Source: Candidatus Saccharimonadota bacterium
Lineage (GTDB): Bacteria > Patescibacteriota > Saccharimonadia > Saccharimonadales > SZUA-47
Assembly: GCA_016700315.1 (NCBI GenBank)
Contig: CP065013.1
Location: 449,449-513,448 of the forward strand
DNA: 64,000 bases
Reading direction: 5' to 3'
Numbering within the stretch: position 1 is the stretch's first letter; each line of letters starts with the position of its first letter. Positions 34,474 through 44,163 of this stretch are shown in pieces. Both the position numbers and the translations under genes were made by a program. The notes beneath the pieces were generated by a model. The model was given only the letters and a program-made list of their open reading frames with translations. It made no database searches and was not told the DNA's origin.

Positions 34474-37400
34474 GTGCCGCTACAGGGATTGCTCAGAAAA
34501 GCTGATGGCAAGACAATTGCCCAAGATGGCTACTATGACATGCGCGTAGTGGCGTTCAACCCCGTTAGTGGTCAGCAGATTTTATCTCAGGATTTCCAAG
34601 ATGTGGTTGTCAAAGACGGCCAATACACTCTGCCGGTTAGCATACCCAAGTTCGCAGATACAGGCTCGTCAACTTTTCAGGTATGTCATAGTGGTGACCC
34701 AAGCGCTGCAGAAGATGGGCTAGATGCCGAGGATATCCCAACGGGCTGTAAAGACCCTGTAGTCGAAAAGAAGGTATTTGTAGAAGCTGAGTGTCCTCAG
34801 ACCCTCAATATCAGCTCAAATAATTTTCTTTATCGTTTGATTGGCAATCGAGACGGGTCAATTTCTGGCAATGGCTGTACTTATGTTGACTCGGGCAATA
34901 ACTTCTTTGCACAGACGGACAAACAAGCTCCGACTGTCGTTGGAGTTCAAGGTGCAAAAGGTGATTCAGGCTCAGTTGGCCCACAAGGTCCGGCTGGTCC
35001 GCAGGGCGAAAAAGGTGCTGATGGGGCAGCAGGAGTAAATGGAACTAATGGCACAAATGGCGCCCAGGGCCCGGCGGGAGCTCAAGGGCCGTCCGGCGAT
35101 CCAGCAACCGATGACCAAACACTTAGTTTTGGCGGAGCAAGCATTCTTTCTATTGCCGGCGGTAATTCAGTCGATTTATCTAGCCTTAAAGACAATACTG
35201 ATGTTTTAGCATCACTTGGTTGTACTGCCGGACAGATCGCGCAGTACAATGGTAGCGCTTGGGCGTGTGCTAGTCCTGCTGCTTCGAGTGACAGCCAAAC
35301 TTTGAGCCTCGTAGCCAATACGCTGTCTATTCTAAATGGTAATTCAGTTAGTTTGGCCAGTTACCTAGACAACACCGATGCTCAAAGTATTTCGGTCGCA
35401 TCAAATGTGCTGTCTATTAGCGGTAATGCCAGCACGGTGAATCTGGCCAGTTACCTAGACAACACTGATGCGCAAACACTAAGCTACTCAACAGGCACGC
35501 ACCTTCTGTCCATTAGTGGTGGTAATACTGCTGATCTGTCTAGCCTGCTTGATAACACAGACGCGCAGGGCATTTCGCTTGCCGGCAACACGCTGTCGAT
35601 TAGTGGTAACGCCAGCACGGTGAATCTGGCAGGCTACCTTGATAACACCGACGCGCAGAGCATTTCTTTGGTTGGCGATACGTTGTCTATATCTGGCAGC
35701 GCTGGCACAGTTAGCTTGGCAGGGTATTTGGACAATACAGATGTACTCGCCGGCCTGTCCTGTGGGCTGAACCAAATTGCCAAATGGAACGGTAGTGCCT
35801 GGGCCTGTGCTAGTGACAGCGGGCTAACGAGTGAAGTTGACGGAGTTATTGGCAACGAGGTTACCGATGCAACTGCCGGTGGTGGCCTAACGCGCGCGGG
35901 TCTGGGAACGAATGTGTCGCCGTATACACTCGGCATTGCCGCAGGTGGAGTTACCAATGCCATGCTTTCAAATTCTGCTTTGACAGTTAGCGCTGGCACT
36001 GGCCTTACGGGCGGAGGCTCGGTCTCGCTAGGTGGCACGGTGACGCTTAGCTCAACCCTTGGCACAGACATAGATTCTTCAGAAATCGTCAACGGTACCA
36101 TAGCCACCGCTGACATTGCCGCAAGCGCCATAACTGCAGCCTTAGTTAGCGACGGCACGCTCACAACTGCCGATCTTTCGGCTACGGCTGGTATCACCAA
36201 TGCACAGCTGGCTAACTCCAGCATCACGGTGACAGCTGGAGCTGGTTTATCTGGCGGTGGGGCAGTAGCTTTGGGCAGTTCGGTAACTTTGACATCGACC
36301 CTCGGAACGGCCATCGACACCACGGAGATTACCGACGGCACAATTTTGTTTGCCGACATTGCCCAAAACGGCTGTAGCAACGGTCAAGTACTCAAATACA
36401 ACACTGGCTGGACATGCGCTGCCGACAACGACACCACCTACACCGCTGGAACAGGTATTGCTGTATCGGGTCTCAATGTCATATCTTCTACGCTCGGCAC
36501 CGACATAGATTCTTCAGAAATCGTCGATAGTACTGTCGCGCTGATTGATCTAGCCGCCGATTCAGTTAATTCTTCCAAAATCGTCAATGGTTCAGTTGCT
36601 AATGCTGATCTAGCCAACTCCGCCGTCACCATTACCGCTGGCACTGGTTTATCTGGCGGCGGGGCGGTCACTCTAGGTAGTTCAGTTACCCTAAACCTAG
36701 CCAATGACTTTGGTGCAAGCATTGATTCTAGTGAAATAACTGATGGTACAGTCGCCCTAGCCGATCTAGCTAACAGTTCAGTTAACTCAAGTAAGATAGT
36801 AGACGGTTCAATTGCCACAGTCGATGTTGCTGACGGAGCCATTACGCTAGCCAAACTAGCAAACTGTTCTAGCGACGGCCAAATCCTTAAATACACGGTC
36901 GTCGGTGGCTGGGCCTGTGCGGCTGACAGCGGGCTAACGAGTGAAGTTGACGGAGTTATTGGCAACGAGGTTACAGATGCAACTGTCAGTGGTGGTTTAA
37001 CCAGGTCTGGCAGCGGCACAGGCGTGTCGCCATATACACTAGGGATTGCCGCTGGCGGTGTGACTAATGCAATGCTAACCAATTCGGGTGTCACAGTCAC
37101 TGCTGGAACAGGGCTAACAGGCGGCGGCTCAGTCTCGCTAGGTGGCACAGTTACGCTAAATTCCTCACTCGGAACAGCCATAGATAGTACAGAAATTACC
37201 GATGGTACGATAACTTCGGCTGACCTTTCGGCTACGGCCGGTATTACCAACGCTCAACTGGCCAACAACGCAGTTACAGTTACCGCTGGCTCTGGTTTGT
37301 CGGGCGGCGGGGCAGTTGCACTGGGGAGTTCGGTAACTTTGACTTCTTCTTTAGGCACCGCAATAGATACCAGCGAAATTACTGACGGCACAATTTTGTT

Positions 37401-40335
37401 TGCCGACATTGCCCAGAACGGCTGCTCGACGAATCAGGTTATGCAGTGGAATGGTTCGGCCTGGGCATGTGGCTCTTTAGCGGGGTCACAAAACTTGTTC
37501 GAAACAATTTCTGCACCAGGAGGAACAGCTTCTGTAGCAGACTCGGCTACAGACACATTAGCATTTGCTAACGGTGCCGGCGTCACAATTACGAGTGACG
37601 GAACGACCGATACAATCACCATCGCTGCAACTTTAGGCACGGCGATAGATTCCAGTGAAATTGTCGATGGTACCATCACAACTAGCGACATTTCGGCCAC
37701 CGCCGGTATTACCAACGCTCAACTGGCTAATTCGGCTGTGACTGTAACAGCTGGTACGGGTCTGTCTGGCGGTGGATCGGTATCATTAGGTGGCACAGTT
37801 ACTTTGAACCTTACGAATGATTTTGGGGTAAGCATTGATTCCAGCGAGATTACCAATGGCACTATTACTCTGGCCGACCTTGCCCAGAACTCTTGTGGGG
37901 ATGGGCAGGTTATTAAGTGGAGCAATGGCTCAACAGCCTGGGTATGTGCTAACGACATCGACACCCAGCTTAGCGAGGCCCAAGTCGACACCTACGTAGC
38001 AAACAATGGCTACTTAACTAGTGAAGTTGACGGCTCAACTTCTAACGAAATCCAGGACCTGTCTCTCGCGGGGGATACATTGGCACTAAGCGGCGATGGC
38101 ACAACGGTTGACCTTAGCGCATACATGGACAATACCGATGTTCTGGCCGGGCTGTCCTGTGGGCTGAACCAAATTGCCAAATGGAATGGCAGTGCGTGGG
38201 CCTGCGCGGCCGATGCAGATACCGATACGCAAGACCTATCGCTTGCTGGCAATACGCTCAGCCTGGTGGCGGGCGGCAGCGTCGACCTTACGGCTTTTAT
38301 GGACAACACCGACTCTCAGGACTTATCGCTCGCAGGCAATATTTTGAGCTTGAGTGGCGACGGCACGACCGTAGACCTTAGCGGCTACCTTGACGACACG
38401 GTACTTAGCGAGGCCCAGGTCGATACCTATGTGGCGAACAATGGCTATCTGACCAGTGAAGTCGACGGTAGCACGACCAACGAACTGCAAAATGTCTTTA
38501 CGACGATCGCGACCCCGGATGCTGGCAACCCGGCCGCCGACACGACGACCGACACGCTGACGCTGGCAAACGGCAGCGGCGTTACAATTACCAGCAACGG
38601 CACCACCGACACGATCACGATTGCGGCGGCACTCGGCACCGACATTGACTCGACCGAGATCGTGAACGGAACGATCACCTCAACCGACATTTCTGGTACG
38701 GCTGGCATCACCAACGGCCAGCTGGCCAATTCATCGCTCACGGTTAGCGCGGGTAACGGCTTACTTAACGGTGGTAGCGTTTCGCTTGGCGGCACCACCA
38801 CACTCAACATTGGTGCAGGCAACGGCATTACCGTCAACGCCGATGACATCGCTGTCAGAACAGCAGCTAGTGCCGACGGGCTATCTTCTACGACTAGCTC
38901 CGGCTCGGGTATTGAAGCGCTTGCTACGGGGGTTGCGCTCCTCCAGGGCTGCTCGGATGCTCAGGTCTTAAAATGGAATGAAACGACCGATGTCTGGGCC
39001 TGTGCTGCCGACAATGACACGATTATTTCAGAGGCTACGGTCGAAAGCTACATCTTCGACGCTGATAACACCGGTACGCTCAGTAGCGGCACCTTGGCGC
39101 TAGGTAGCCTTAGTTACACCGGTACACTCAGCGATACACAAATTTCTGACACGCTAACAATTGGCGCCACTAGCACGGTGAGCGACAGCGCCTTGAGCGC
39201 CAACGTCACGAAGCTGGGCAGCGATATTAGCTCTGCCGAAATCGCGAACGGCACGATTGCCGCGGCGGATGTCGCACCCGACGCCCTTGACTTTACCGAA
39301 CTAAACGACACCATGTCGCTCGACGTAGCTACTTCGATTTCGCTCGGAGCCAACAACCTGACCTTTACGGCTGGTGGCGCTGGCAATGTCGTAACAAACC
39401 TATCATCCACCGGCGATTTCATCGTACAAGATAACGGCACCACAGCATTTATTGTTCAAGATAATGGCGGTGTCTACATCGGCGACCCAGCCTCAGCTAT
39501 CGCAACTGGCTCACTTCTGGTGCTCGACAGCATTACTACTGCGCCTGGTAGCCCAGTCAACGGTGCCATGTACTACGATTCTGGCCTGGCCAAGTTTCGC
39601 TGTTACGAATCAAGCACCTGGAAAGACTGTATCTCGGCCCCAGGTAGTCAAAATGACACGGCGGCAACCTACTATTTCTTCAGCGAATTTACGGGTAGTC
39701 CTACGACAACAGGCCAAGACGTATACGCCACAAACAGCGGAACAGGTGCGGCGACGGCTGCGAGTGCCAACGTTGCCGCCAATCGCCCGGGTATTTTCCG
39801 CTCTACCACAGGTACTACCGCTACGGGGCGCACGGCATTTGCTTCAAATCTGACTGCCTTTGCGCTCGGCGGCGGAGCGATGTCGTACGAGACGGCGGTA
39901 AACATTGCCACGCTTTCCACAGGAACGGAGAGATACCAGTTGGTCATCGGTCTGTTTGATACCGCGACCGCAGCTAATCAAGTGGATGCAGTTTCATTTG
40001 TGTACGACGAAGGCGGTGTTTCAACCGGATCGGCTGCGAGCGCCAACTGGCAAATCAGAACAGCCAGCAACTCAACGCGTAGCTGGACCACAACAACAAC
40101 GGCCGTAGCGGCTGCAACCTGGTACAAATTGCGCGTCGAAGTCAATGCCGCCGGTACCTCCGCCACCTTCTACATCAATGGCACTAATGTCGGAACCATC
40201 GCCACCAACATACCAACGGGTACGGCAAGGGCGCTCGGCTTTGGGCATCTGATGATAAAATCCGTCGGCACCACCGCCCGAACCATGGACATCGACTACA
40301 TGAAAGCCGAACAATCATTCACTACATCAAGATAA
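34474..40335 (+). CDS. giant repetitive surface fibre/adhesin-like protein with a collagen-like triplet region and a C-terminal lectin/LamG-like domain
   Basis: 1953 aa. G-X-Y repeats span aa 157-210 (nt 34942-35103). Tandem D-N-T-D-(A/S)-Q...LS(L/I)SG motifs and recurrent C-x3-Q-(I/V)-x-(K/Q)-(W/Y)-N-...-W-x-C motifs. First canonical start is GTG 34474, but an in-frame signal-anchor lies upstream. Confidence 0.8.
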   Translation: MPLQGLLRKADGKTIAQDGYYDMRVVAFNPVSGQQILSQDFQDVVVKDGQYTLPVSIPKFADTGSSTFQVCHSGDPSAAEDGLDAEDIPTGCKDPVVEKKVFVEAECPQTLNISSNNFLYRLIGNRDGSISGNGCTYVDSGNNFFAQTDKQAPTVVGVQGAKGDSGSVGPQGPAGPQGEKGADGAAGVNGTNGTNGAQGPAGAQGPSGDPATDDQTLSFGGASILSIAGGNSVDLSSLKDNTDVLASLGCTAGQIAQYNGSAWACASPAASSDSQTLSLVANTLSILNGNSVSLASYLDNTDAQSISVASNVLSISGNASTVNLASYLDNTDAQTLSYSTGTHLLSISGGNTADLSSLLDNTDAQGISLAGNTLSISGNASTVNLAGYLDNTDAQSISLVGDTLSISGSAGTVSLAGYLDNTDVLAGLSCGLNQIAKWNGSAWACASDSGLTSEVDGVIGNEVTDATAGGGLTRAGLGTNVSPYTLGIAAGGVTNAMLSNSALTVSAGTGLTGGGSVSLGGTVTLSSTLGTDIDSSEIVNGTIATADIAASAITAALVSDGTLTTADLSATAGITNAQLANSSITVTAGAGLSGGGAVALGSSVTLTSTLGTAIDTTEITDGTILFADIAQNGCSNGQVLKYNTGWTCAADNDTTYTAGTGIAVSGLNVISSTLGTDIDSSEIVDSTVALIDLAADSVNSSKIVNGSVANADLANSAVTITAGTGLSGGGAVTLGSSVTLNLANDFGASIDSSEITDGTVALADLANSSVNSSKIVDGSIATVDVADGAITLAKLANCSSDGQILKYTVVGGWACAADSGLTSEVDGVIGNEVTDATVSGGLTRSGSGTGVSPYTLGIAAGGVTNAMLTNSGVTVTAGTGLTGGGSVSLGGTVTLNSSLGTAIDSTEITDGTITSADLSATAGITNAQLANNAVTVTAGSGLSGGGAVALGSSVTLTSSLGTAIDTSEITDGTILFADIAQNGCSTNQVMQWNGSAWACGSLAGSQNLFETISAPGGTASVADSATDTLAFANGAGVTITSDGTTDTITIAATLGTAIDSSEIVDGTITTSDISATAGITNAQLANSAVTVTAGTGLSGGGSVSLGGTVTLNLTNDFGVSIDSSEITNGTITLADLAQNSCGDGQVIKWSNGSTAWVCANDIDTQLSEAQVDTYVANNGYLTSEVDGSTSNEIQDLSLAGDTLALSGDGTTVDLSAYMDNTDVLAGLSCGLNQIAKWNGSAWACAADADTDTQDLSLAGNTLSLVAGGSVDLTAFMDNTDSQDLSLAGNILSLSGDGTTVDLSGYLDDTVLSEAQVDTYVANNGYLTSEVDGSTTNELQNVFTTIATPDAGNPAADTTTDTLTLANGSGVTITSNGTTDTITIAAALGTDIDSTEIVNGTITSTDISGTAGITNGQLANSSLTVSAGNGLLNGGSVSLGGTTTLNIGAGNGITVNADDIAVRTAASADGLSSTTSSGSGIEALATGVALLQGCSDAQVLKWNETTDVWACAADNDTIISEATVESYIFDADNTGTLSSGTLALGSLSYTGTLSDTQISDTLTIGATSTVSDSALSANVTKLGSDISSAEIANGTIAAADVAPDALDFTELNDTMSLDVATSISLGANNLTFTAGGAGNVVTNLSSTGDFIVQDNGTTAFIVQDNGGVYIGDPASAIATGSLLVLDSITTAPGSPVNGAMYYDSGLAKFRCYESSTWKDCISAPGSQNDTAATYYFFSEFTGSPTTTGQDVYATNSGTGAATAASANVAANRPGIFRSTTGTTATGRTAFASNLTAFALGGGAMSYETAVNIATLSTGTERYQLVIGLFDTATAANQVDAVSFVYDEGGVSTGSAASANWQIRTASNSTRSWTTTTTAVAAATWYKLRVEVNAAGTSATFYINGTNVGTIATNIPTGTARALGFGHLMIKSVGTTARTMDIDYMKAEQSFTTSR

Positions 40336-40383
40336 AACATAAACTTTTTGATACAATAGGTTATAAGTAAAGAGGGGAATTTT

Positions 40384-40896
40384 ATGGAAGATATCATAAG
40401 AGTGAATAAAAAAGAAGAGTCATCTGAGAGAGGAAACAAAGTAATGCCAAAACTACCACTAAACAAAAAAGCTGGAAAAATCTTAGTTGTGCTAGTTCTT
40501 GTTGCGCTAGCCGTACTAGCTGGCTGGCTCTACAAGCAAAACCGAGATCTAAAGGCAAACCCAACTGCAGCTCAGCAAGACAAGAACAAAGCCGAGACAG
40601 CACGCGTACTCGACAAACTGAAGGAAGATATCTTAATTCAAGAAACAGAATCACCTACAGTTGCTCGCGTCGAAGATCCTGAAAAACTCAAGAGCTCTAA
40701 CGCAGAATTCTACAAAAACGTTCAAAAGGGTGATTACTTAATAATTTATCCAAAGCGCGCTATGATTTACCGCGAAGCTAACCGACAGATTATCAACATT
40801 GCTCCGATAATAAACACTTCAGAACTCAAGACAAACGGCACCCAACCTGCCGACACAAAGACGCCTACCAATACAACAAATAAAACAACCAAGTAG
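40384..40896 (+). CDS. membrane-anchored hypothetical protein (paralog of 48771..49271)
   Basis: TM helix; shared C-terminal pattern KGDYL(I/V)(I/V)Y...(A)(I/M)(I/L)YR with the 48771 ORF. Confidence 0.5.
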   Translation: MEDIIRVNKKEESSERGNKVMPKLPLNKKAGKILVVLVLVALAVLAGWLYKQNRDLKANPTAAQQDKNKAETARVLDKLKEDILIQETESPTVARVEDPEKLKSSNAEFYKNVQKGDYLIIYPKRAMIYREANRQIINIAPIINTSELKTNGTQPADTKTPTNTTNKTTK

Positions 40897-40910
40897 AAAG
40901 TGACAAAAGA

Positions 40911-42536
40911 GTGGCCGTAAGTCAGCCCTCAGAGGATACGGTCGATGCACAAGCTGAAGATCAGCCGGCCGATGTTGAACTAGATCTAGGATTAGGTAGT
41001 GACCAAACTACTTCAGAGACAGCGTTAGACGTCAGCAGCAGCGAAGCACAGCCGTTAGATGAGATCAAAGCTAGCGCCGAAGATTCAGAAAAACTGTCCG
41101 AGATTGATACCAGTTTTCATCACGAGCCTCTTAGCTATACCGTTCCCGACAAAACTAATGCCTGGACTATCACAGCAGTAGTTCTGACTATATTAATTCT
41201 TTTGGCGGGCGGCGGCCTGGCGGTTTATAGACTTTTGTTACGCCAAGGGTCATTTGGCCAAGTAAAATTGGCAGGCCAAAAAATCGAACGTGCCGAAGAC
41301 AAAAGTAAACTAATTTCAAATCTATACGACAATTTTAACCAAGTCACATTATCGGTCAAAGATAACAACGAAAAAGCATCGCTTTATACACCAGCTGACG
41401 CTGGAATTGAGTTGTTGGCAGAGATAAGCGTCAATAAGGCACTTGAAGCAAAGGAAAAAGGCAGTATTTGGCAACGTCTAAAATGGTGGAAGGTTACTGA
41501 AATCAATGCCGAACTCCAGGTTGATAAAGACAAAATGGCGGCATTTGTAGAAGAAAAAATGACTAAAGTCGAGCAGGCGCCCACCAACGCTACTTTAGTT
41601 ATTGAAAACGGCAATATCCAACTTAGTAAAAGCAGTGTAGGGAGAGGCTTTATTGTCAAAAACGCCGAGGCAAGGGTTACTGAGTCAGCCGCCAAACTCC
41701 AGTCAACAATTTTCACGATGGAGTCCTCGGAGCTTAAGCCTTTCGTTTCCGATGAAGACACTAACTCGATTGCGGCAAGAGTTGCAAACAGTTTAGCTCA
41801 GAAGGTTAGCCTAACGATAGCAGGCAAGACTTTCGAGCCTAGTAGAGCCGAAATCGGGTCGTGGATAAGCCCTATTTCATTAGACGATAAGAAGCCCAAT
41901 CTAGAATTTAACAGTGGTGAAATTGAGGCTTACATCGACAAGATAGCCAAAAATTATGTTAATCCAGCACGAAGCGAGATTATAATGCATAGAGACGATG
42001 GTAGCGAATTAAAGTTAGTTTCTGGTCGTGATGGAACAGACGTTGCCGATAAAGATGCTATCGCGGCCGACATATCTAACAAGTTGCTAGCCGCTGAACC
42101 CGTTGCAGTTCAATTAACAGTTACCAACCAAGCATATGGTAAGGTCTCAGCTGAAGATTACGACAAATGGATAGTTGTCGATCTGACTAACAAATATATG
42201 GACGTGTATGAGAAGGACAAAAAGGTAAAGACTTTTTTGGTCTCCGCAGGCGCTCCCGTTACTCCAACTGTAGTAGGTATGTATAAGATTCTCTACAAAC
42301 TAAAATCTCAAGATATGCGAGGTCAAAACGCCGACGGTACAAGTTATTTTCAGCCAGGCGTTCAATACGTGAACTATTTTTATGGTGGTTATGCAATCCA
42401 CGGAGTTTATTGGCGGCCCGACTGGTGGTTTGGCCAGATTAATAGTAGCCACGGCTGTGTTGGACTGAGGACTTCAGAAGCCAAATGGGTTTACGATTGG
42501 GCACCCGTCGGTACAGTGGTGATTACACATTTGTAA
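40911..42536 (+). CDS. L,D-transpeptidase (YkuD) family protein, membrane-anchored
   Basis: C-terminal YAIHGVYW...SSHGCVGLRTSEAKWVYDW catalytic motif; GTG start. Confidence 0.8.
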   Translation: MAVSQPSEDTVDAQAEDQPADVELDLGLGSDQTTSETALDVSSSEAQPLDEIKASAEDSEKLSEIDTSFHHEPLSYTVPDKTNAWTITAVVLTILILLAGGGLAVYRLLLRQGSFGQVKLAGQKIERAEDKSKLISNLYDNFNQVTLSVKDNNEKASLYTPADAGIELLAEISVNKALEAKEKGSIWQRLKWWKVTEINAELQVDKDKMAAFVEEKMTKVEQAPTNATLVIENGNIQLSKSSVGRGFIVKNAEARVTESAAKLQSTIFTMESSELKPFVSDEDTNSIAARVANSLAQKVSLTIAGKTFEPSRAEIGSWISPISLDDKKPNLEFNSGEIEAYIDKIAKNYVNPARSEIIMHRDDGSELKLVSGRDGTDVADKDAIAADISNKLLAAEPVAVQLTVTNQAYGKVSAEDYDKWIVVDLTNKYMDVYEKDKKVKTFLVSAGAPVTPTVVGMYKILYKLKSQDMRGQNADGTSYFQPGVQYVNYFYGGYAIHGVYWRPDWWFGQINSSHGCVGLRTSEAKWVYDWAPVGTVVITHL

Positions 42537-42552
42537 ACAGTTTGACAGATGA

Positions 42553-43239
42553 TTGAGCTATACTATTAATATGCGTTTTAAGGGGTATTCTTCAGACTTG
42601 GCGGCTCTTATCGCTACAGAGATCGCAACTCAGCTCGATCGGCAATCCAGAGTTTTGTGGTTATGCAGTGGTGGTAGTAACACCCTACTTCAAGTTAAAA
42701 TTATGGATCACTTGGTTGGCTCAGGCGTAAGTCTAGAGGGTCTAACTATTTTGGCTATGGATGAGCGCTTTGGTGAGTCTGGGCATCCTGATTCGAACTT
42801 TCAGCAGTTGAAGCAGGCTGGATTCAAGACAGGCCAGGCCACGTGGATAGACGTTTTAGCCAAGAATTTAGATTTCGATCAAACAGTTCAAAACTACTCC
42901 AATCTCCTAAAAGATCTGACCAAAAAGTCCGACTTTACAATAGCTACTTTTGGGATCGGTGCTGACGGGCATACTGCCGGGATATTACCAGGTTCAGCGG
43001 CAGTTGATGCGCAGCAACCCGTTTATGGCTATGTTTGGCAAGATTATGTACGTATGACCATTACGCCGAACTGGTTGGTGGGTGTTGATAAGGCATTTGT
43101 TGTGGCGCGGGGGCAGGCAAAGCTCGATGCGCTTAGCCGTTTGAAGGCGGCTGCGTCTAGTACCGCGGAGCTTCCAAGCATGTTATTAAATAAAATTAAG
43201 GATGTAGTAGTCTACACAGATATAAAGGAGTTATTGTGA
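42553..43239 (+). CDS. pgl: 6-phosphogluconolactonase
   Basis: FGIGADGHTAGILPGS motif; upstream of gnd and zwf; start uncertain (TTG 42553 or ATG 42571). Confidence 0.75.
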   Translation: MSYTINMRFKGYSSDLAALIATEIATQLDRQSRVLWLCSGGSNTLLQVKIMDHLVGSGVSLEGLTILAMDERFGESGHPDSNFQQLKQAGFKTGQATWIDVLAKNLDFDQTVQNYSNLLKDLTKKSDFTIATFGIGADGHTAGILPGSAAVDAQQPVYGYVWQDYVRMTITPNWLVGVDKAFVVARGQAKLDALSRLKAAASSTAELPSMLLNKIKDVVVYTDIKELL

Positions 43240-44156
43240 AAATAGTGATTCACGGTTTAGGCAGAATGGGTATGCAGATCGCTCGTAAATTAGCTGAAAG
43301 CGGCCAACACCAGGTGATTGCACACAATCGCAGCCTAGAGCCAATTAAGGAAGCAGTTTCATATGGTTGTATTGGCGCTGAGACCAAGCAACAGGTGCTG
43401 GCAAACTTTGGCGATGAGAAAATAATTGTTTGGGTGATGTTGCCAGCTGAGGTGGCCGACGAAGAAATGCTCGCCTGGGCTGAAATATTACCTAAAGGCA
43501 GCGTTATAGTTAGCGGCGGCAACTCCGATTACCGCAAAACTAGGCAGCTAAATGAAAAAATGAAAGCAATTGGCATGGAACTTGTTGACATTGGCGTAAG
43601 TGGCGGTGTTTGGGGTTACCAGAACGGGTTCCCGTTAATGTGCGGTGCCGATAAAACGGAAGCGTTTACTTGTGTGGAGCCAGCTCTAAAAACCCTTATT
43701 TTGCCTGGGGGAGCATACAAACACTTTGGGCCTTCGGGTAGCGGGCACTATGTCAAAATGGTACACAACGCTATTGAATACGGCATGATGCAGTCGCTCG
43801 GCGAGGGATATCGTTTACTCAAAGAAGGACCTTATGAAGCGATTGATCTAGCGGCTGCCGGTGAAGTCTGGCAGCATCACAGCGTCATCACATCATGGCT
43901 TAACGAGCTCAGCCGCGATGCTCTAGCTGAGAACCCAAATATGGACGGAATTTCTGGCTATGTTGCCGAGAGCGGTGAAGCACGTTGGGCGATCGAGACG
44001 GCCAAGCAGTGCGATATCGAGCTACCAGCTATTGGTGCTTCGTTCGATGTGCGCTTGCGTAGTCAAAAAGGAGAGACAAATTTCGCCACTAAAGTTGTCG
44101 CAGCCCAGCGCAATAAATTTGGTAATCACAATCTAAACGGCGAAGGCGCCGCCTAA
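43236..44156 (+). CDS. gnd: 6-phosphogluconate dehydrogenase (short, decarboxylating-like)
   Basis: MKIVIHGLGRMGMQIARKL Rossmann motif, GHYVKMVHNAIEYGMMQ. Confidence 0.8.
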   Translation: MKIVIHGLGRMGMQIARKLAESGQHQVIAHNRSLEPIKEAVSYGCIGAETKQQVLANFGDEKIIVWVMLPAEVADEEMLAWAEILPKGSVIVSGGNSDYRKTRQLNEKMKAIGMELVDIGVSGGVWGYQNGFPLMCGADKTEAFTCVEPALKTLILPGGAYKHFGPSGSGHYVKMVHNAIEYGMMQSLGEGYRLLKEGPYEAIDLAAAGEVWQHHSVITSWLNELSRDALAENPNMDGISGYVAESGEARWAIETAKQCDIELPAIGASFDVRLRSQKGETNFATKVVAAQRNKFGNHNLNGEGAA

Positions 44157-44163
44157 AACTTCG

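Noticed and set aside
35082-40314. Many long minus-strand and off-frame ORFs inside the giant gene (for example 35634..36380, 36438..37250, 38445..38849, 39452..39853)
   Set aside because: They are shadow ORFs created by the GC-rich, repeat-biased codon usage of the 1953-aa plus-strand gene. They have low-complexity A/V/P/S-rich translations and no independent start or RBS signals.
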